64,000 nucleotides of DNA from Octopus vulgaris (taxonomy: Eukaryota). Position numbers and translations under genes: made by a program. The DNA is taken from NCBI GenBank assembly GCA_951406725.2, contig OX597830.1, positions 7,068,001 through 7,132,000 on the forward strand, written 5' to 3'. Below the pieces are notes generated by a model, which was not told the DNA's origin, searched no databases, and saw only the letters and a list, made by a program, of their open reading frames with translations. Below, in pieces: positions 1-12,796 of the stretch (positions are counted from its first letter, which is position 1; each line of letters starts with the position of its first letter).

Positions 1-159
1 ACATCTTTTATCTATACGGATGAAGATAATGCCTCCACTGAGTCATCATTTGTACCTGTATGCGCGTGTGTGTTTATCTGTGTGTGTATGTGCGTGTTTA
101 ATATGGTGTGTGTGTGTGTGTGTATGTGTGTGTGTGCGTGTATGTGTGTGTGTGTCTAT

Positions 160-305
160 GTGTTTCTCTACGGCTTAATAATCGGTGTTTTCTTCCCCAT
201 AACTTAGCGGTTCCAACATCAGAGGCCGATACAATGAGGAGCGATTAAAATACGCGTTGGGCGCAACTTGTTCGTGCAAATCCTGCAAAGCAGTGCTCCA
301 GCATG
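160..305 (+). mobile_element. 3' fragment of octopus tRNA-derived SINE family A
   Basis: The motifs AACTTAGCGGTTC...GTGCTCCAGCATGG match the 3' half of the near-complete copies at 2227-2645 and 3860-4271. Confidence 0.65.
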
Positions 306-383
306 GTGGTGGTGGTGGTGGTGGTGGTGGTGGTGGTGGTGGTGGTGGTGGTGGTGGTGGTGGTGGTGGTAGTGGTAGTGGTA
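304..383. repeat. (GGT)n microsatellite
   Basis: Directly visible. Confidence 0.95.
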
Positions 384-655
384 GTCGTCGTCGTCTTTAA
401 GTCGCTGTCATTCGATCAGGTTTGGCAGATACCCCCCACACACACACACAAACACACACACACATATATATAGTACGTCGATGGCGTAATAATCCAAGTT
501 GTGTCCTCATGAAGCACATCTGCCGATTTCCAGTTCGCAAAAGCATTTCCTGAGATGTTATATTTTATATGAGATTTGAAAATATTAGAGGATGCTTATT
601 GCGGTGTAATTAAACAGAAAACTGGAAAATAATTTGTGATAATAATTAACCTGCC

Positions 656-793
656 TTACATATGTTTCGTTACTAATAGGACTTACGTACATATACTTGT
701 AAAAAAATGTAAAGCATCACCGATAAATAATTCTTCAGATGCTTTTCTAATTGTATACATACATAACTCCTATTAGCAATGAAACATATGCAA
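656..793. repeat. Imperfect inverted repeat (foldback)
   Basis: TTACATATGTTTCGTTACTAATAGGACTTACGTAC... is the reverse complement, with mismatches, of ...ACATAACTCCTATTAGCAATGAAACATATGCAA. An inner AAAGCATC/GATGCTTT pair is also present. Confidence 0.8.
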
Positions 794-1054
794 CAGAAAA
801 TAAGTAATACCTCAAGATATGTTGACGTATACATTGTCCAAAGTTATCCTTCCTTTTTAACGAATGTAAAGTGTACTGCTGTGTAGTCCTGTGTACTATT
901 TCTAGTATATCGTCAATCATGTGGTGACTTCATTGTAAGCTACTAACCATGTGTACTCTTGATTTAGTTATATATAAAACCCTTCTGTTCACCTTATTCT
1001 GAAATATTCCTATTTTAATAAGTAAATTCCCAAAGAGTAGCATGTATGGGACAT

Positions 1055-1057
<3 letters not shown>

Positions 1058-1138
<81 letters not shown>

Positions 1139-1156
1139 TGTGTGTGAGTGTGTGTA
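1058..1156. repeat. (TG)n/(TGCG)n microsatellite
   Basis: Directly visible. Confidence 0.95.
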
Positions 1157-1772
1157 TGTATGTATTTCAGATATATTTCAGTTCGAGGTTTAATTATTTT
1201 ACCATTCCATTCCTTAGAGTTCATAGAATGGTAGAATTCATAGAAGAGATCGATATTCGAAGCAATTAACAGAGATTTTCGCCGTTCGTTCTATCTGCAC
1301 ACAACATGTTCTACATATTGTAGAAAATTGCTATTTGGTTAACAAGGGCAGGATACTGTACCGAGATTCTAAAAATACCCAATATATATTCCTCAAATCG
1401 GTATCTAATGTTTTAAATGCATGTGTGTGTGTGTGCGCATCTATATATGCAGGTATTATATTTGAATAGTGAAGTGCGTGTCATACATTTTGCGGGATGG
1501 TTAAGTGGTAGGTCTTTGGTGACCGCGGGTCCATAAGCTATGTAAGATTAATTATAACAATACGTATTTGTTGAAGAAAAAGACCACATTTTACAGAAAA
1601 AATTTATTACTGGTGGAGCGAGTTACTGGCTCTTGATGGAGTTGTTGGTGCGACTTTGTGTTGACATGTAACGTGTCGTGTCTGTTTGAGAGCTAACGGT
1701 AGTCATCCCTCCTCAGCTCTGAGCCTAGCCAATATCTTCCAGAGAGGAGTGCACGAAGGAGAGAAAGAGGGA

Positions 1773-1880
1773 AAGAAGAAGAAGAAGAAGAAGAAGAAGA
1801 AGAAGAAGAAGAAGAAGAAGAACAAGAAGAAGAAGAACAACAACAACAACAAGAACAAGAAGAACAAGAATAAGAAGAGA
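1773..1880. repeat. (AAG)n/(AAC)n microsatellite
   Basis: Directly visible; it explains the poly-K/N ORF at 1686..1898. Confidence 0.95.
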
Positions 1881-2226
1881 GGAAGAGAGAGGAATTAGTA
1901 TTTGATTTTTGTTTTATTTTGTTTTAGCTATGGTGCATCGAAAGGATAACAGGTAAAGAATTGACCTGGGTGGGATTTGATCACAGAGCACAGAAAGTCG
2001 GAGTAATTACTACAAGGCATCGTACGTTTGTACTCAATGCTCTAACGACCCCGACACTCGACTGTTTCATTAAAGGCGATTGTAGGTCCCATAAACTAGT
2101 CATTGCCATATTATTTGGAAGGTGTTAAGTCGACCTTTATACGGATCAACAACCGACAGAGGTGGAATATGAACCCAAGATGCTACAATGAGTCTGTTTC
2201 CAAAAAGGTAATTTTATATCGAGATA

Positions 2227-2645
2227 TACTCTTTTACTCTTTTATTTGTTTCAGTCATTTGACTGCGACCATGCTAGAGCACCGCCTTTTTTAGTCGACA
2301 ACAACAAATCGACAGCAGGACTTATTCTTTGTAAGCCTAGTACTTACTCTATCGGTCACTTTGGCCGAACCGCTAAGTTACGGGGACGTAAACACACCAG
2401 CATCGGTTGTTAAGTGATGGTGGGGGGACAAACACAGACACACAAACATATATATATATATATATATATGTATGTATATATACGACGGGCTTCTTTCAGT
2501 TTCCGTCTACCAAATCTACTCTCAAGGCTTTGGTCGACCCGATGTTTTAGTAGAAGACGCTTGCCTAAGGTGCCATGCAGTGGGACTGAACCCGGAACCA
2601 TATGGTTGGTAAGTAAGCTACTCACCACACATCCACTCCCGCGAC
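2227..2645 (-). mobile_element. tRNA-derived SINE family A, near full length
   Basis: The minus strand has an A-box/B-box-like head (GTGGATGTGTGGTGAG...GGTTCAGTCCC), an internal TA/TG tract, and a 3' tail GACTGAAACAAATAAAAGAGTAAAAGAG. More than 10 related copies occur in the window. Confidence 0.9.
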
Positions 2646-3297
2646 TATATGGCCCAAAAAATTTTTGAAAAATTATAATCGAAGGTATCACCCTCGTGTA
2701 TTACTGCTATTAGTTTTCTTGGTTCCAGAGTGAAAAATGGAAATACAAATCTTGCTCCAGCCGAAATTTGAAATTCCAATAATATAGAGGTTTAAGGCAG
2801 TGGTTCTAGTCTCGTACCAAAATTTGAAAGGCCGAGATAACATTGCAGTGCATCGGTGTCTGAAGATCTACCATTTCTGCTATTAGGCTGCACTGAAGGA
2901 AACGTGTAAAAAAAAGAAACAAAAATATCGCCCTCTGCCTAAAAGATGCAGAACAATGCGATAATGGCCAAATGTTTCTATAAACTAATTAATTTATTAT
3001 CGTTCAGTAACCATTGACGACATTGACAAATCTAATTTATAAAACAAAATAATTTCAATCAATTTTCTATGAAGTAGCATTTAATCATTATTAGTATTAT
3101 TGCTCAAAAATTACCTTCACTCAGCTCAACGCGGATAAATTAGTTGCTTGATACTCTGGTAAACAGACGTAAATAACAACGGTGTTTGGCTCTGTTTTAT
3201 AAGAGAGAAGATCGTTTTGGTGAAATGGGCAGCAATACTCTGAACGTAGTTATTGTATAAACATCGGACGAATGGCAAATGAAAAAAACCTCACAGA

Positions 3298-3682
3298 GGT
3301 GCGTGCATGGCTGTGTGGTAAAAAGATTGCTTCCCAAACACAAGGTTTCGGGTTCGGTCCCACTGCGTGACACAATTGGTAAGCGCCTTGTATTTGATAG
3401 ACGGGAACTGAAACAAACCCGTCGTATGTGTGTGTGGGTGGGTGTGTGTGGGTGTGCTTAATCCTTGTCTCTGCGCGTGTCCCCCCTTTAACGCTTGACG
3501 ACCGGTGTTGGTGTGTTTACATCCCATAACTTAGCGTTTCGAGCAAAAAGAAAAGAAAGAAACGATTGATTAAGTACCATGTTTAAAAAGTAAAATTACT
3601 GGGGCCGATTCATTTGACTGAAAGTTCTGCAAGCGCTGCTCCTGTGTGGCTACAGTTTAATGACTGAAATAAGTAAAAATAA
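3298..3682 (+). mobile_element. SINE family A, diverged copy
   Basis: TGGCTGTGTGGTAA...GGTTCGGTCCCACTGCGTG...TGACTGAAATAAGTAAAA; colinear with the other family A copies. Confidence 0.85.
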
Positions 3683-3859
3683 ATTCATTCGCAGCTTGGC
3701 CGGAACAGGATGTAAAAGACCGGAACTACGTACCGTCAGACATTTTGTTCGAAGCCCGCTCAACTGTTTCATTGCATTATCCAAACAGAAAATGTCCTGA
3801 CACGAGGTCACAACTGTTTTGTTTGGTTTTCTTTCTTTTATATATATATATATATATAT

Positions 3860-4271
3860 TACTCTTTACTCTTTTAATTGTTTCAGTCATTTGACTGCGG
3901 CCATGCTGGAGCACCGCCTTTAGTCGAGCAAATCGACCCCGGGACTTATTCTTTGTAAGCACAGTACTTATTCTATCGGTCTCTTTTGCCGAACCGCTAA
4001 GTGACGGGGACGTAAACACACCAGCATCGGTTGTCAAGCAATGCTAAGGGGACAAACACAGACACACAAACATATACACACACACACTTATATATATATA
4101 CATATATACGACAGGCTTCTTTCAGTTTCCGTCTACCAAATCCCCTCACAAGGCATTGGTCGGCCCGGGGCTATAGCAGAAGACACTTGCCCAAGATGCC
4201 ACGCAGTGGGACTGAACCCGGAACCATGTGGTTGGTTAGCAAGCTACTTACCACACAGCCACTCCTGCGCC
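3860..4271 (-). mobile_element. SINE family A, full-length copy inserted in (TA)n
   Basis: The minus strand starts GGCGCAGGAGTGGCTGTGTGGTAAG and ends GAGTAAAGAGT, with (TA)n on both flanks. Confidence 0.92.
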
Positions 4272-4401
4272 TATAGCCACTCCTGCGCCTATATATATAT
4301 AGTTGATTAAATCGTTCCCGGTACATGACGGGTCTATATTTATCGATCCCAGAGCGAAGGACAAAACACCAGCGCAAGGTCTCAATACATAAATTAAACT
4401 G

Positions 4402-4940
4402 AAGGCGGTGAGCTGGCAGAAACGTTAGCACACCGAGCGAAATGCGTAGCCGTATTTCGTCTGCCGTTACGTTCTGAGTTCAAATTCCGCTGAGGTCGAC
4501 TTTGCCTTTCATCCTTTCGGGGTCGATAAATTAAGTACCAGTTACATACTGGTGTCGATCTAATCGACTGCCATCCCCTCCCCAAAAATTTCAGGCATTG
4601 CGCCTAAAGTAGAAAAGGATTGTCAGCACGCCGAGTAAAATGCTTAGCGGTATTTATGTTTTGATCGCAAATAACGCCGGGGTCGACAAAGTAAGTATCA
4701 GTTCAACACTGGGGTCAATGTAATCGACTTCACCAATCTCCCGAAATTGCTGGCCTTGTGCCAAAATTTGACATCGATATTTCAAAAATTTAAAGCGGTA
4801 AGCTGACAGAATCGTTATCACGACGGAGGAAATACTTAGTGGCATTTCATCCGGCTTTACGTTTTTAGTTCGCATTCCGCCGAGGTCGACTTTACCTTTC
4901 CTCTTCAAAAACTGCTGGCCCTGTGGCAAAATTTGAAACA
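4402..4940 (+). mobile_element. tRNA-derived SINE family B, one full copy plus two tandem degenerate copies
   Basis: AAGGCGGTGAGCTGGCAGAAACGTTAGC...GAGTTCAAATTCCGC (B-box)...GGGGTCGATAAATTAAGTACCAG; related segments restart at about 4620 and 4792. Confidence 0.88.
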
Positions 4941-5498
4941 AATATATAAGTTAAACTCGAGTAGTTAAGGGGCTGTAATTAAATATAGCATGAGGACATT
5001 TTGTTCGCCGCTCTAACGATTTTAACAATCTACCGCCCACTTTTCCCATCAGTGTACGATATTTAAAAATGCTAGATTTTAAAATCAATACCTCAAGTGT
5101 GGCATCCACTCCTCCAAATTGAGAATGGAATCATTTCAACTTGGACTATAAATCTTAAGCCATCTGCCTATCTCAGCGAATCGATAAAGGCAGCTTGCCG
5201 TTTCTTCAATCTCTCTCGTTCGCTCGTTCAAGTTGAAACCATCAAAACACTGTTATATCCCACCCGTGTATGATTTCCTACTGTGTACAGATGCGTGCGT
5301 ATGCCTTGTGTGAATGAACGTGTTGGCGATGGTGCGCTTGCGTGCGCGCACACGTGTTTCTTGTGTATGTGTATGTACGTGCGTGTGTACGTGTGTGAGT
5401 GTGTGTGTGTGTGTGATTCAGATTAGATTTAAACTTTTAAAATGAATGATCGGAATCAGAAATCGATATAAAGCGTTGGCTATATTGTAATAATGCTC

Positions 5499-5514
5499 TC
5501 TATCTATCTATCTG

Positions 5515-5580
<66 letters not shown>

Positions 5581-5620
5581 CATCCATCCTTCTACCTATC
5601 TATCTATCGCTATCTATCTA
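5499..5620. repeat. (TATC)n microsatellite
   Basis: Directly visible. Confidence 0.95.
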
Positions 5621-5874
5621 TCTGCATATTTATATATCCATCCAACTCTCTCTCTCTCTCTCCACACACACTCACACACACTCAAACACACACACATATA
5701 TATATGTATGTATAAATATATACATTTATGTACAGATACATCTATATACACAGACAGACATACACACATACACATATGTGCGTATGGGTGTATGCATGAT
5801 ATACATACATATACATGACAATCATTTGTTATATTATGTAGACACTCACACATGTGTATGCGTGTCGCTCTGTC

Positions 5875-5926
<52 letters not shown>

Positions 5927-5980
5927 ATTTTGTTGAATTTTCTGCTGCTTTAAATAAAGTATATATATATATATATATAT

Positions 5981-6031
<51 letters not shown>

Positions 6032-6159
6032 CATACATATATATATAATAGAGAGAGAATGAAAGAGAGAGATAAATACATACACAAATATATACAAACA
6101 TACATATGCATTTGTATATAATATCCATCTCTTCTCTCTTAACGTGTGTGTGTGTGTGC

Positions 6160-6193
<34 letters not shown>

Positions 6194-6357
6194 CCAGCCA
6201 GTCCAGTCAGCTATCCAAGTGGCTATATAATTCAGCACTGAGAATGTCCACACATATTTGTCATTGTTAGTCGAGGTGATTAAATAGAGTGTCGACCAAC
6301 TCAGGTGTTGAATCACACATAATACTACAACTACACTTTCATTTACCTGTACACGGT

Positions 6358-6407
<50 letters not shown>

Positions 6408-6767
6408 ATCTATCTATCTTTCGCCCTCTTTCTCCCTCCGTCTTTTTCTGTGTCCCAATCCACCACCACCCCAATCCTACCTCTTCTTTCTTGTCCATAG
6501 AAGCAAGACATAAACACATACGTAACTGTTAAGGCTTTAGTTTGTCTATCTACGCATTCATTTATTCGACACGTCCACACACACACATATATGTATATAG
6601 CTATGCTATGTATGCATGTGTATATGTATATATATCTATATATATAATATATGTGCGTATATGTGTTTATGTGTAAGTATATATATATATATACCTATAT
6701 ATATATATAATATATATATGATGTGTGTGTAGATGTGTATGTATATGTATATATACATATATACATA

Positions 6768-6840
<73 letters not shown>

Positions 6841-7499
6841 TGTAACATGTACATGCGTGTGCGTGTGTGTCTATGTGTGTTTATGCGTGTGTGTATGTGT
6901 GTGTATGTGAGTGTGACTACCATGGAGTGGCTGATTGTGCCTTGTTTTGCAAAGTTTAGTCAGAGTAGGTAAGCCGGGACTGATCCGTTCATTTCACAAA
7001 TACTGTGTTTTCACTTTCACGTGGTATCCCTGGCAACGACCTCGGCTTACCTTGCTAAACAAGACACAGAAACGTCATCTGACAACATAGTGATGTCGAT
7101 GAAGCTAACGGCGAAATACATTAGACAACATCTTGGGTGATAGCTTCAGATGTCTATTTTCAGTTGGGATTAAAATGCAGAAAGCTAGGAAACTGCACAT
7201 CACGTGATGCTTGTTTAACCTGTGACGTATGCGACTTACGAATCTTCCACTCATGTGTAATGTCAATAATAAAAGCAACAAGCTTCAAATATATTTATGG
7301 CCGCCTTGTAGTCTCTAGTGCATACGGCTGCTAAGAACTTCCTGGGTTTTCTGCGCAAAAATACTGAACATGATGTAGAGGAACGCGCTATGTAGAAATA
7401 AAAGTCTCTCCGCAGTAAATATTTTATTGCAAAATAAATATTTATAAGATAGAATAAGACTACAAAAGAATATATTAGACTTTAGAAGAGTTTAAAGAA

Positions 7500-7770
7500 C
7501 CGTATAATGAGGTATTGAAAGTGTCGTCCTTCATTTTCAATACTGAAGTTGACTCTTCTACACATGTTTTGAAATACAACTTGGAGAGTCTGACGCGGTA
7601 TCAACCGTGTGAAGGCGTCTTTTAGCTCATTGATGGTTTTCGGGCGATTCTTATACACTGGTCCTTTACTTGCTCCCCAGAAAAAAAGTCTGACGGTGTT
7701 AAATTAGGTGATTTGGTGGCCAAAGTCCCTTCGAAATAATCCGTTCACCGAAAAATTGACTGCGGAGAGA
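7500..7770 (-). pseudogene. Degenerate Tc1/mariner-superfamily transposase C-terminus
   Basis: Allowing for frameshifts, the minus strand reads FFGERIISKGLWPP..SPNLTPSDFF.WG..K.PVYKNRPKTINELK...FQNMCRRVNFSIENEGRHFQYL. This matches the WPPRSPDLTPxDFFLWG...GGHFQHLL signature of Tc1/mariner DDD transposases. Confidence 0.85.
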
Positions 7771-8084
7771 CATTTTGAACAGCCTGTATAACATCGAGGT
7801 GTTAGATGGAAGCTGACAAGAAAAACAATGGAACAAGACAAAATCGATGTGACGGACCTCAATTAAACTATTACTATAAAAGACAATACATTTTTTGCTT
7901 TGAGCCAATAACCGGGGGTGGGGATGATGGCTTCTGTTTGATGGAGTCAGTTAGATTTTAAATAAAAAGACTTCAAGGGGATTATCGAAATGGAATTCTT
8001 CATCTTATGATAGAATATTTTCAGCAAATTTTAAAACTGAGCAAATCAACTTAATTTTGTTAGAGTTCTGTAACTGATACTTTC

Positions 8085-8240
8085 TACTAAAGGCGCAAGA
8101 CCTGGAATTTTGGGGAGTAGGGACTCGTCGATTATATCGATCCCAGGGCTTAAGTGGTATTTATTTTATCGATCCCGAGAGGGCGAAAATGGCAAAGTCG
8201 ACCTCAGCAGAAATCCGTCTATCTTTACGTTCTGAGTTTG
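8085..8240 (-). mobile_element. SINE family B fragment
   Basis: Contains GGCAAAGTCGACCTC and TTATTTTATCGATCCCGA, reverse-complement matches to the copy at 4402. Confidence 0.75.
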
Positions 8241-8329
8241 CTGCTTTTATAGACCTGCAAATAATTCAACACCGGAGAGAAATAATACTTATGTTAATCG
8301 TTGGGGAAAGGAATTGCTAGTGTACCATC

Positions 8330-10122
8330 GAGTGACGTATTGGAAATGAATGAGACTAGTTACTGAGAAGATGAAAATCAAGCGATGAGTTCATGAGGGT
8401 TTCGAGATTCGAATGAAAATAATGCAAGCGTGATCAGCTTCTGCGCTGTAAACAGTATTATCAGAAGATACAAAATACGGGGATAATAATAAATATATTT
8501 CGAAATCTCTCGATAAAAATATCCTTATGTATCTGTTATATTTCGACATATCAGGGATGTAAATTGTCACTGCTACATGTTAGAATATAAATATGGGCCA
8601 GAAATTTAAACAAAATAAAGTACCACTAGGATACCGGAGTGAGAGAAAATTTAAAGAATTTATGATTTGATATCGCAATAGATCTGATGTACTTGCACGA
8701 TTTTGACGAAAGACGTAGGAAAGAATGTAAATGGATGTAAAGTGGAATATTGCCAAAATGTTCTGGGTAAATAAAATAGAAGAAAAGGAAAAGGATTTGA
8801 AGTCTTTAGGACACAAGCCGAACCAAAACAGAACGTTGCAAGTCAGAGAAATAATAACATAAACATTAAAATGGAAATTCTCTTTACTCTTTTACTCTTT
8901 TATTTGTTTCAGTCATTTGACTGCGGCCATGCTGGAGCACCGCCTTTTAGTCGAGCAAATCGACCCCGGGACTTATTCTTTGTAAGCCCAGTACTTATTC
9001 TATCGGTCTCTTTTTGCTGAACCGCTAAGTGACGGGAAATACGAAAGTCTCAGCCAAGAGGCAAAAAGGTATTTAAGAAGAGATAAATAAAATGTTGATG
9101 AAATATCTCTCAATATGGGATCTAGGAGAGCAAATGGAGAATTTTCTGAAATATTAAATGAGATTAAAGGAAATCCTAGAAGTAATGGGGAACTAATAAC
9201 ATCTGAGATAAACGTCTAAGAAAGATGGAGAAACCATTTTCGTAGTGAATGAGGAGCTTGATGGAAGAGCGATTGTGTTAGACCCCGAGTTATACAAGGA
9301 GCTGGAAATGGTTACACGAGAAATGTCTGTTGAGGGAATGGCATGAAGTATTGGGTAAAAAAGAAACATTCCTAGAGAAACCAAAACTGCAATAGAAATG
9401 ATAAAAATAGACAAACACGTGACTTCGATGACATCTCTGACGCATTTTTGTAATATATAGAATATGGAAAAAATTCTTGAAGATTGGAAAATATATAAAA
9501 TGTATGGATCCATATAGTGACGAGGCAAGGAGAAATTAATGGGTGTGTGATAACTGGAGGATTATAACTCCGAGTAGAATAGTTTGGGAAGTGTTCAATG
9601 TCATTATTGTGAATAAGATACAGGTTTCTGGAAATTGTAGTTCGCAGATATTTTGGCCCAGACAAATATAACAATATACTGAATTCTGACAACGTGTTAT
9701 CATGGCTTTTATAGTTTATAAAAGGTCTTTGAGGGGCGTACGCACATTAGTGTTTCAGAATGGGGAAATGCAGCAGGTTCTATGTTACTAAGGTTTACTG
9801 GAAACGTAAACCAGCCCAAGAGGTGCAATATGCCATGCAGTTACCTACGTGTAAGCCAAGACAGTCAGGTATGTAACGAATTCGAAGTTGAAAGTGAAGG
9901 ACAGCAGAGGCGTTCTCTTGTCACTCTTGTGTGTTTTTCTATAAACTATATCATGATAGAAACTATTCGGGATGGAAGAACAAGGAACTGAATGGAATTA
10001 TTAAACGTATTTGGCGGAAGCGGATTTTGTTGATGATATTGTTTCACTTACTAATGGAGTATGAATAAATAAAAATTATAAGATATGTTTGAGATTAAGA
10101 ATGAAATGGTAAAGACAGATCT
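8330..10122 (+). mobile_element. Decayed non-LTR retrotransposon (RTE-like LINE), reverse transcriptase region
   Basis: Residual RT motifs: TGTGATAACTGGAGG (CDNWR, cf. NWRGITL) near 9546; NEFEVESEGQQRRSLVTL (cf. FEVKSGVRQGCVLSP) near 9876-9930; LAEADFVDDIVSL (cf. LDFADDIALL) near 10011-10049. There are many stops and frameshifts, and the left boundary is approximate. Confidence 0.75.
8880..9036 (-). mobile_element. 5'-truncated SINE family A nested in the LINE relic
   Basis: Nearly identical to 3860-4010 (CATTTGACTGCGGCCATGCTGGAGCACCGCC...AACCGCTAAGTGACGGG). Confidence 0.9.
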
Positions 10123-10427
10123 CATGGCATATTGCACCTCTTGGGCTGGTTTACGTTTCCAGTAAACCTTAGTAACATAGAACCTGCTGCATTTCCCCAT
10201 TCTGTAACACTAATGTGCGTACGCCCCTCAAAGACCTTTTATAAACTATAAAAGCCATGATAACACGTTGTCAGAATTCAGTATATTGTTATATTTGTCT
10301 GGGCCAAAATATCTGCGAACTACAACTTCCAGAAACCTGTATCTTATTCACAATAATGACATTGAACACTTCCCAAACTATTCTACTCGGAGTTATAATC
10401 CTCCAGTTATCACACACCCATTAATTT
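9533..10427. repeat. Long inverted repeat: arms 9533-9837 and 10123-10427 (305 bp each), 285-bp spacer
   Basis: AAATTAATGGGTGTGTGATAAC...GGTGCAATATGCCATG versus CATGGCATATTGCACC...GTTATCACACACCCATTAATTT; I found two mismatches by eye. Confidence 0.95.
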
Positions 10428-11018
10428 GAATAAAGACAGACACGAGAAAACTCAAGTTTAAATAACTGGAACTTTTATTCTGAAAATGGTGAGTTTTTAC
10501 GAACTGAATTGAATGTAAGATCTTTAAGATGGTAAAAGAAGCAATATGATTGGTTTGGAGCGTATGAAAATTCAGAAGTACAGTAAACATAAATAAATTA
10601 TGAAAATAAAAGGCGTTGTTTAAGCCATTAGCTTTAGTCACAGAATAGAGAGATGGCTAATACATTAAAAATTAAAATAAAGAGTTATATTGAGGTTTAT
10701 TATATAGGTATTTGGGACAAGCTCCTGGCTTTCGAAAGTCTCGACCTAATCGATTTACTCAGAATGTCGATATTTTGTTTGAATTCAAGCTTAACTTATG
10801 GCTGCTTTTAAATATCGTTCTATTTATTTATTTATGTATTTTTCCATTTCATGCGAAAATCGGAAGCGCGATACTCGGATTAAAGATTTTGTAGTTTAGA
10901 GCTTATCCAAAAATATTATGTATGTATGTAGGCATGTATGTATGTATAAATATTATCATATAATATAATTTATAATATATATTTACATATATATACTTAT
11001 ATATGTATATATACATAA

Positions 11019-11055
<37 letters not shown>

Positions 11056-11111
11056 CAAAAATATATAAATATATGTATCTATGTATATATATCTGTATAT
11101 ATATATATGTG

Positions 11112-11157
<46 letters not shown>

Positions 11158-11159
11158 AT

Positions 11160-11226
<67 letters not shown>

Positions 11227-11436
11227 ACAGATAGACAGAGCAAGAGAGCGAGAGTGAGGAGGGGGAGAGAAAGACATAGATAAGTTTAATGTCCGTATAT
11301 TTTTACATCTCCGCTGTACAACTTCCGAGGTAAAAGGAGAACTTAAAGAAAAAAAAAACATAAAACAAGAATTCTTTTACACACACACACGTACATTTCT
11401 ATATATATACATATATACACATATATATATATGTAT

Positions 11437-11486
<50 letters not shown>

Positions 11487-12033
11487 GTGTGTATATATGT
11501 ATATATATATATACACACGCACGTATACACACACATACGTATAATGCTTCTTGTTTTTCTTTATCGTTTCTATTTTTCTCTCTCTTTCGTTTTTGGTTGG
11601 AATCTCTCATTTCGCGTAAACACTAACCAACATCAGAAATCCTTCAGCCAATTCCGATATTCAATACAAGAATTGTAGGACGTTTTATTTCTGGTAGATT
11701 CTTTCTTCCTTCCTTACTTTCTTTCTTTCTTTCTTCCTTTCTTTGCTACATTTTTTAGGCTTTTTTTTCTTTTTTTGGTCTTAATTTTTATTCTTTTGGT
11801 TCGTCTTTTATTGATATTTAAAGAGTGTATGATACAATAGAAGTTTTCTTAAATTAGCTCCAACAGAATATACCCACAAAACATACATACACACATATAC
11901 ACACATACACACATGCATACACTCATAAACACACACAATAGCACAAAACACACGCACACAACGCATACAGAAACAGCGTAGACACAACACAGCGAAATAC
12001 ATACATATATACATATATCTATACACACATACA

Positions 12034-12075
<42 letters not shown>

Positions 12076-12652
12076 ATACGTACAACATACACATACACGA
12101 TAACACAATGCATACGTCCACACTTACATATATACATAATTCTTATAGACAACAAAAAAAGTGATAGAATAAATGAAGGCTAGAAGAAAAAAAGAAGGAA
12201 AGAAATAAGGAAAGAAAGAAAGGAAGAAAGAAAGAAAGAAAGAAAGAAGGAAGGCAAGGAAATCAGGCTGTGTTCTTCTTGAAGTATTTTTATCTGTGAG
12301 TTCTATTATTATTTATATGAATAGATATATCGACGGAATTGGTAAGGAAGAGAATTGGTATGGAAAGTGGGGGGAGATGGATGTAAATTGGGGTATGAGG
12401 GCGGGGAGGGGGAGAGGCTGTGGGTGGGGGAATGGAGTGGTTGGAGGGGCTGTAGAGGGTGGAAATGGCGGTGTCGGATTTGGTGGTGATGGTGATGGTG
12501 ATGGTGAGGGTGAGGGTGAGGGTGGGGCTGTTACGGTTATTAGATTCTGTACAGAAATAACTTCTGCCACAGAGAAAACAAAATAAGAGAAAGTGGGGGG
12601 GCGGGTCTACACTAAGAACGAAAACAGAAATAAAAACAAAAAAACATACACC

Positions 12653-12683
<31 letters not shown>

Positions 12684-12796
12684 TTCCTCTTTCATACACA
12701 TACATTCATACATAACAAATACTACTACTATTATTACTACTACGCTAATGCCACCACTACTACTACTGCTACTACTATTTCTAATAATATTATTGG

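Noticed and set aside
12313-12570. Pro/Ser-rich minus-strand ORF as the Dll C-terminus
   Set aside because: It is degenerate GGT/GAGGGT low-complexity DNA with no helix-3 sequence or splice context.
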